Of a DNA stretch of 32,000 bases, positions 27,764-32,000 are shown piece after piece. Numbering within the stretch: the stretch's first letter is position 1; the number at the start of each line of letters is the position of its first letter. The translations under genes and the position numbers were made by a program. The notes under the pieces were generated by a model. It searched no databases. It saw only the letters and a program-made list of their open reading frames with translations, and was not told where the DNA came from. This DNA comes from Mycolicibacterium smegmatis (GTDB lineage: Bacteria > Actinomycetota > Actinomycetes > Mycobacteriales > Mycobacteriaceae): NCBI RefSeq assembly GCF_001457595.1, contig NZ_LN831039.1:2070001-2102000 (forward strand), in the 5' to 3' direction.

Positions 27764-28075
27764 ATGTCCATTGCGATGACTGCTCCGACCACGGGCGTCG
27801 CGCCGATGACATGCGAGACGCGACTGCCGGCGGTGCCGTGCCATGTCGGTGACCCGGATCTGTGGTTCGCCGAGAGCCCCGGCGACCTTGAGCGGGCCAA
27901 GGCCCTGTGCGCGGGATGCCCGATCCGTGTGCAGTGCCTGACCGCGGCGCTCGAACGGCAGGAACCGTGGGGTGTCTGGGGTGGCGAAATTCTCGACCGC
28001 GGAAGCATTGTCGCGCGCAAGCGTCCGCGCGGGCGTCCGCGTAAGGATTCCGGCGGCAACCCTGCCGCCGCCTGA
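27764..28075 (+). CDS. whiB7: WhiB7 transcriptional regulator (Fe-S, AT-hook)
   Basis: PCHVGDPDLWFAESPGDLERAKALCAGCPIRVQC...EPWGVWGGEILDRG...RKRPRGRPRKD (G[V/I]WGG turn plus RGRPR AT-hook). SD AGGGGGAAA; alternative in-frame ATG 27746. Confidence 0.95.
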   Translation: MSIAMTAPTTGVAPMTCETRLPAVPCHVGDPDLWFAESPGDLERAKALCAGCPIRVQCLTAALERQEPWGVWGGEILDRGSIVARKRPRGRPRKDSGGNPAAA

Positions 28076-28097
28076 TCGACCGCCCCGTCAACGGAAA

Positions 28098-28160
28098 CGG
28101 CACCGAGTGCTTGCGCGCTCGGTGCCGTGACTGTGCTTGCCGCCCAGTGGTTCTGGGCGG
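28098..28160. terminator. Two tandem hairpins between convergent whiB7 and the ABC1-family gene
   Basis: CGGCACCGAG(28098-28107)-10 nt-CTCGGTGCCG(28118-28127), and CCGCCCAG(28140-28147)-TGGTT-CTGGGCGG(28153-28160). Confidence 0.65.
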
Positions 28161-28175
28161 AATCTGGGGATTCCG

Positions 28176-29066
28176 CTACGCGGCTTCCTCGGCGAAACCT
28201 GGAACCAGTTCGGTGGCAATGGCTTTCACCGGAACGTGCGCGTCGAGCTGGCAGCAGATGGCGACCGTGGAGGCGATCACACGCAGCGGGATCGCGAGGT
28301 TGGCCGGCAGGTCGAGGCTGCGCGCCATCTTGATCTGCGCGACGGAGTTGTCCATCTGGCTTGCCGCCATCTTCTGCAGCCACTTGCGGTTGTAGTGGAA
28401 GACGTCGACCTTGATGGGATCGACGTACTGGCGCAGCATGTCCTCGACCTCTTCGATCGAGACCTCCTGCCCCTTCTGCAAGAAGCCCGCACGTTCCATC
28501 GTCGGCAGGAGCTCGTCGTAGTTCTTGTCCCGCGCCAGCCGGATGGTCTCACCGAGCGAGGTGGGGAATCCACCGGGAAGCGGGGCGACCGCACCGAAGT
28601 CGATGACACCCATGCGCCCGTCGGGCAGCAGCATGAAGTTTCCGGGGTGCGCGTCGCCGTGCATCATCTCCAGGCGCGCCGGCGCGCCGAACGTCAGCTC
28701 GGTCAGCCGGGTGCCCATCAGGTCACGCTGCTCGGGGGTGCCCTCGCGGATGATGACCGACATCGGGATGCCTTCCATCCATTCGGAGATCACCACCTTG
28801 GGCGCGCTGGCGATGATCGCGGGCACCGCGAAGTGCGGGTCGTTGCGGTAGGCCTTGGCGAACGCACGCTGGTTGTCTGCCTCCAGCCGGTAGTCCAGTT
28901 CCATCTCGGTGCGCTCGGTCAGTTCGTCGACCACACCTTGGATGTCGGCACCGGGCGCGAGCTGCTTGAACACGCCGACCAGCCGCTGGATGGTCTTGAG
29001 GTCTGCGCGCAGTGCCTCGTCGGCGCCGGGGTACTGGATCTTGACGGCGACCTCACGCCCGTCGGA
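28176..29066 (-). pseudogene. ABC1/AarF/UbiB-like kinase-family gene, C-terminal fragment (split by IS)
   Basis: (R)EVAVKIQYPGADEALRADLKTIQRLV...MSVIIREGTPEQRDLMGTRL...MMHGDAHPGNFMLLPDGRMGVIDFGAVAPLP...; continuous with the fragment at 30564-30992 once the IS and one 9-bp repeat are removed. Confidence 0.93.
29058..29066. repeat. Left copy of 9-bp target-site duplication CCCGTCGGA
   Basis: Direct repeat identical to 30555-30563, flanking the IS. Confidence 0.9.
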
Positions 29067-30554
29067 GAGCAATGATCAATACCTGTGGATGAGCCTCGGT
29101 GTGGGGGCGTGAAGATGGGCGCACCTTCCCGGGGATGATCTTCACGGAATCAGGTATTCGATCAAGACCGGCGTTGGCGCGCTGGTTGGGAAGGTACGCC
29201 CATGCTCACCGTAGTTCACGACACCGAGGACGCCAACGACAAGGCCAGCGGTGCTGGTCGGTCGTTGTTGGATGAGATCGTCCGCGACGGGGCCCGGCAG
29301 ATGCTGGCCGCGGCGTTGCAGGCCGAGGTCGCCGCCTACGTGGCGCAGTTCGCCGATCAACTCGACGAGAACGGTCACCGGTTGGTGGTGCGAAACGGCT
29401 ATCACCAGCCCCGGGAGGTGCTGACCGCCGCCGGCGCGGTGCAGGTGAAAGCGCCGCGGGTCAACGACCGCCGTGTCGACCCCGACACCGGTGAACGCAA
29501 GCGGTTCTCCTCGGCGATCCTGCCGGCCTGGGCGCGCAAGTCGCCGCAGATGAGCGAGGTACTGCCGCTGCTGTACCTGCACGGCCTGTCGAGCAACGAT
29601 TTCACCCCTGCCCTCGAGCAGTTCCTCGGCTCCGGCGCTGGGCTGTCGGCCAGCACGATCACCCGGCTCACGGCGCAGTGGCAAGACGAGGCCCGCGCGT
29701 TTGGGGCCCGCGACCTCTCGGCCACTGATTACGTGTATCTGTGGGTCGACGGCATTCACCTCAAGGTGCGGCTGGACCAGGAAAAGCTCTGTCTGCTGGT
29801 GATGCTGGGCGTGCGTGCTGATGGCCGCAAGGAGCTCGTGGCGATCACCGACGGCTACCGCGAGTCGGCCGAGTCGTGGGCCGATCTGTTGCGCGACTGC
29901 AAGCGCCGCGGCATGACCGCCCCCGTACTCGCGATCGGCGATGGCGCGCTCGGGTTCTGGAAAGCAGTCCGCGAGGTTTTCCCGGCCACCAAAGAGCAGC
30001 GGTGCTGGTTTCATAAGCAGGCCAATGTTCTTGCTGCACTGCCGAAATCAGCGCACCCGTCGGCGCTGGCGGCGATCAAGGAGATCTACAACGCCGAGGA
30101 TATCGACAAGGCCCAGATCGCGGTCAAGGCCTTCGAGGCCGACTTCGGCGCGAAGTATCCCAAGGCGGTCGCTAAGATCACCGACGACCTCGATGTGCTG
30201 CTGGAATTCTACAAGTATCCGGCCGAACATTGGATTCATCTGCGAACGACGAATCCGATCGAATCCACCTTTGCCACAGTGCGTTTGAGGACCAAGGTCA
30301 CCAAGGGGCCCGGATCACGAGCGGCCGGACTAGCGATGGCCTACAAGCTCATCGACGCCGCCGCGGCCCGCTGGCGTGCCGTCAACGCCCCACACCTGGT
30401 CGCCCTGGTCCGCGCCGGCGCGGTCTTCCATAAAGGCAGACTGCTCGAACGACCCACCGACATCACCCCGCCAACATCGCCCTCAGACGGCGGTCAGCAC
30501 GCCGGAACGGAGGTCGCCTGAAACACCCCGATCCACAGGTATTGACAATTCCTC
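29067..30554 (+). mobile_element. IS256-family insertion sequence, IS6120-like (~1488 bp)
   Basis: Terminal inverted repeats: left GAGCAATGATCAATACCTGTGGAT (29067-29090), right (reverse complement) GAGGAATTGTCAATACCTGTGGAT (30531-30554), 21/24 identical. 9-bp direct repeats flank, and the element carries an IS256-type DDE transposase. Confidence 0.95.
29202..30521 (+). CDS. IS256-family (Mutator-like) transposase
   Basis: 439 aa; DDE-type signatures YLWVDGIHLKV, LAIGDGALGFWKAVREVFP, QRCWFHKQANVLAALPK, TTNPIESTFATVRLRT. Confidence 0.97.
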   Translation: MLTVVHDTEDANDKASGAGRSLLDEIVRDGARQMLAAALQAEVAAYVAQFADQLDENGHRLVVRNGYHQPREVLTAAGAVQVKAPRVNDRRVDPDTGERKRFSSAILPAWARKSPQMSEVLPLLYLHGLSSNDFTPALEQFLGSGAGLSASTITRLTAQWQDEARAFGARDLSATDYVYLWVDGIHLKVRLDQEKLCLLVMLGVRADGRKELVAITDGYRESAESWADLLRDCKRRGMTAPVLAIGDGALGFWKAVREVFPATKEQRCWFHKQANVLAALPKSAHPSALAAIKEIYNAEDIDKAQIAVKAFEADFGAKYPKAVAKITDDLDVLLEFYKYPAEHWIHLRTTNPIESTFATVRLRTKVTKGPGSRAAGLAMAYKLIDAAAARWRAVNAPHLVALVRAGAVFHKGRLLERPTDITPPTSPSDGGQHAGTEVA

Positions 30555-30563
30555 CCCGTCGGA
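30555..30563. repeat. Right copy of 9-bp target-site duplication CCCGTCGGA
   Basis: Direct repeat identical to 29058-29066. Confidence 0.9.
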
Positions 30564-30992
30564 CCAGATGCCCTTGTGTACCTGGCCGATGCTGGCCGAG
30601 GCCACCGGCTTGTCGTCGAACGACGAGAACCGGTCGCGCCACTTGGTGCCCAGCTGCGCGTCAAGCACGCGGTGCACCTTGGCCGCAGGAAGTGGGGGAG
30701 CGTCCTTCTGGAGTTTGGTGAGTGCCTCGCGGTACGGCTTGCCGTACTGCTCGGGGATGGCGGCCTCCATCACCGACAGCGCCTGGCCGACCTTCATCGC
30801 GCCGCCTTTGAGTTCGCCGAGGACGGTGAACAGTTGCTGAGCAGCCTTGTCCATCAGCTCGGCAGTGACTTCATCCTTCGACTTGCCGGTAAGGCGTTTG
30901 CCAAAGCCAAGTGCAGCCCGGCCGGCCATGCCGCCGGCGAGCCCGGCGAGCTTCGCGTTGCGAGCTACGCTTCCCCGTTTGATGTCAGACAC
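30564..30992 (-). pseudogene. ABC1/AarF/UbiB-like kinase-family gene, N-terminal fragment (split by IS)
   Basis: GTG 30992: VSDIKRGSVARNAKLAGLAGGMAGRAALGFGKRLTGKS...GGAMKVGQALSVMEAAIPEQYGKPYREALTKLQKDAPPLP...KPVASASIGQVHKGIWSDG; ABC1 KxGQ and ASxGQVH motifs. Confidence 0.93.
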
Positions 30993-31049
30993 CAGACCAT
31001 CATCCACGACTCGGCCGAATACCCCGCAACCAACTGGCAACACTTGTTT

Positions 31050-31889
31050 TCAACATTGGCAATCCGGGTGCCGTGACCAGCGGCGGAAGCTCATCGAGTA
31101 GCCGTCGGCGGTCAGTTCGAGCGTGGTGTCCAGGGTCGCGGGCGGCTCCGGGGGATCGTCTGGCCCGGCGGTGCCGTTGACCGCGCGGATCACCAGCTCG
31201 ACCTGCCGCAGCGCGAGCGCTGCGGTGGCCAGGATGGTGGCGCGGCTGGCGCTGCCGACGGTCCCGCGTAGCTGCGCCGCGAGCGCGGGCCACGCGGCAT
31301 CACGGTCGGCACGGTGCAGGTCGGCGCAGTGCAGACAGCTGGTGACGCCCGGGATCACCAGCGGGCCCACCAGTCCGGTCCCGTCGCGCACGCGCACCGG
31401 TAGGTGTGCGATGCGGCCGCGGTGCAGTTCCCGCACGATGCGGGGTTCGGTGACCAGCTCGTCGGCCAGCACCACCAGGTCGGTGCCGGGTCGCGGGGTC
31501 GCGTAGGACTCGGCGGTGTGCTGAAGCCGCGCACCCGAGCGGCGCAGGGAGCCGGCCAGCAGTTCCGACAGCGGTCCGCGTCCGTGGATGCGGATGGTCG
31601 CGGTACGCGCGGGCCTGCCCGATCGGCGCACCAGGACCCCGGCGGAGTCCAAGGCGGCGAGGACGTCATCGACAAGTGCCGGGTCCCCGAATTGCTCGGT
31701 GGCCGAGCGCAGTTGCTCGATGCTGCGACCGGTCTGCAGGGCGTGCAGCAGATCGGTCAGCTGGGTGGGCGTCATCCCGTCGGGTGGCCGCACACGGACC
31801 GCGGTGCGCGGATCCCACCCGATCTGCACCGCGCCGTCGGGCCGCAGCAGCACCGGACGATCGGGAGTGAGCGTGAACCGTGCGGTCAT
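31050..31889 (-). CDS. E1/ThiF-like 'bacteriocin biosynthesis cyclodehydratase'-type protein (Rv3196-like)
   Basis: 279 aa; TATIRIHGRGPLSELLAGSLRRSGA (degenerate Rossmann), GVTSCLHCADLHRADRDAAWPALAAQL (CxxC plus conserved segment), C-terminal CxC (HPDCQC). Confidence 0.7.
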   Translation of the reverse strand: MTARFTLTPDRPVLLRPDGAVQIGWDPRTAVRVRPPDGMTPTQLTDLLHALQTGRSIEQLRSATEQFGDPALVDDVLAALDSAGVLVRRSGRPARTATIRIHGRGPLSELLAGSLRRSGARLQHTAESYATPRPGTDLVVLADELVTEPRIVRELHRGRIAHLPVRVRDGTGLVGPLVIPGVTSCLHCADLHRADRDAAWPALAAQLRGTVGSASRATILATAALALRQVELVIRAVNGTAGPDDPPEPPATLDTTLELTADGYSMSFRRWSRHPDCQC

Positions 31890-31946
31890 TGATCGACCCT
31901 GCCACGGTTCGAAGGCCTCGGATCTCAGTTATCCACAGGCAAGTGA

Positions 31947-32000
31947 TCAGGACTTGTCGTCCCCGGCGCCCTCGGTGCCGCTGTCGCCCTCTTGCGGCGG
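31947..32000 (-). CDS. C-terminal tail of a protein continuing beyond the right edge (possibly the Rv3195-like gene)
   Basis: Manual minus-strand translation ...PPQEGDSGTEGAGDDKS*; stop TCA at 31947-31949. Too short for family assignment; the identity is suggested only by synteny. Confidence 0.4.
   Translation of the reverse strand, partial: PPQEGDSGTEGAGDDKS

Noticed and set aside
29142-30014. 290-aa minus-strand ORF inside the IS
   Set aside because: IS256-family elements encode one transposase; this frame is antisense to it and has no similarity I recognise.
31404-31892. 162-aa plus-strand ORF opposite the E1-like gene
   Set aside because: Antisense artefact; the minus-strand frame has conserved CxxC/CxC and family-like sequence.

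Overview
This 32 kb window is high-GC mycobacterial chromosome. Its gene order matches, from memory, the M. tuberculosis Rv3215-Rv3195 neighbourhood, and the deduced AdnA (1045 aa) and AdnB (1095 aa) lengths fit M. smegmatis. Gene content in window order: isochorismate synthase (partial), histidine phosphatase, orphan ParA-like ATPase, PP2C phosphatase, PQQ/WD-like membrane protein, RhlE DEAD-box helicase, ferritin-like protein, MmpS-like protein, DUF3107, TetR, DUF3152 metalloprotease-like protein, MoeZ, TIGR02569-like protein, alkyltransferase-like protein, alpha/beta hydrolase, AdnA, AdnB, VIT/CCC1-like protein, DoxX-like protein, TrkA-type K+ channel, NudC, mycoredoxin, a two-gene CsbD-like/coiled-coil cassette, UvrD2, and WhiB7 with a uORF and attenuator leader. 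The right end has an ABC1/AarF-family gene split by an IS256-family element (IS6120-like, ~1488 bp, 9-bp direct repeat), then an E1/ThiF 'cyclodehydratase-like' protein. The strongest observations are: (i) a precisely reconstructable IS insertion in the ABC1 gene next to whiB7; (ii) a uORF, anti-terminator and terminator architecture upstream of whiB7, which is a known regulatory mode but is mapped here at base level; (iii) an apparently accessory coiled-coil gene pair between mrx1 and uvrD2; (iv) a 34-bp tandem repeat in the lipV-adnA divergent promoter; (v) an orphan E1/ThiF-like protein in a possible operon. I found no clear new defence system, CRISPR array, prophage or RNA gene.
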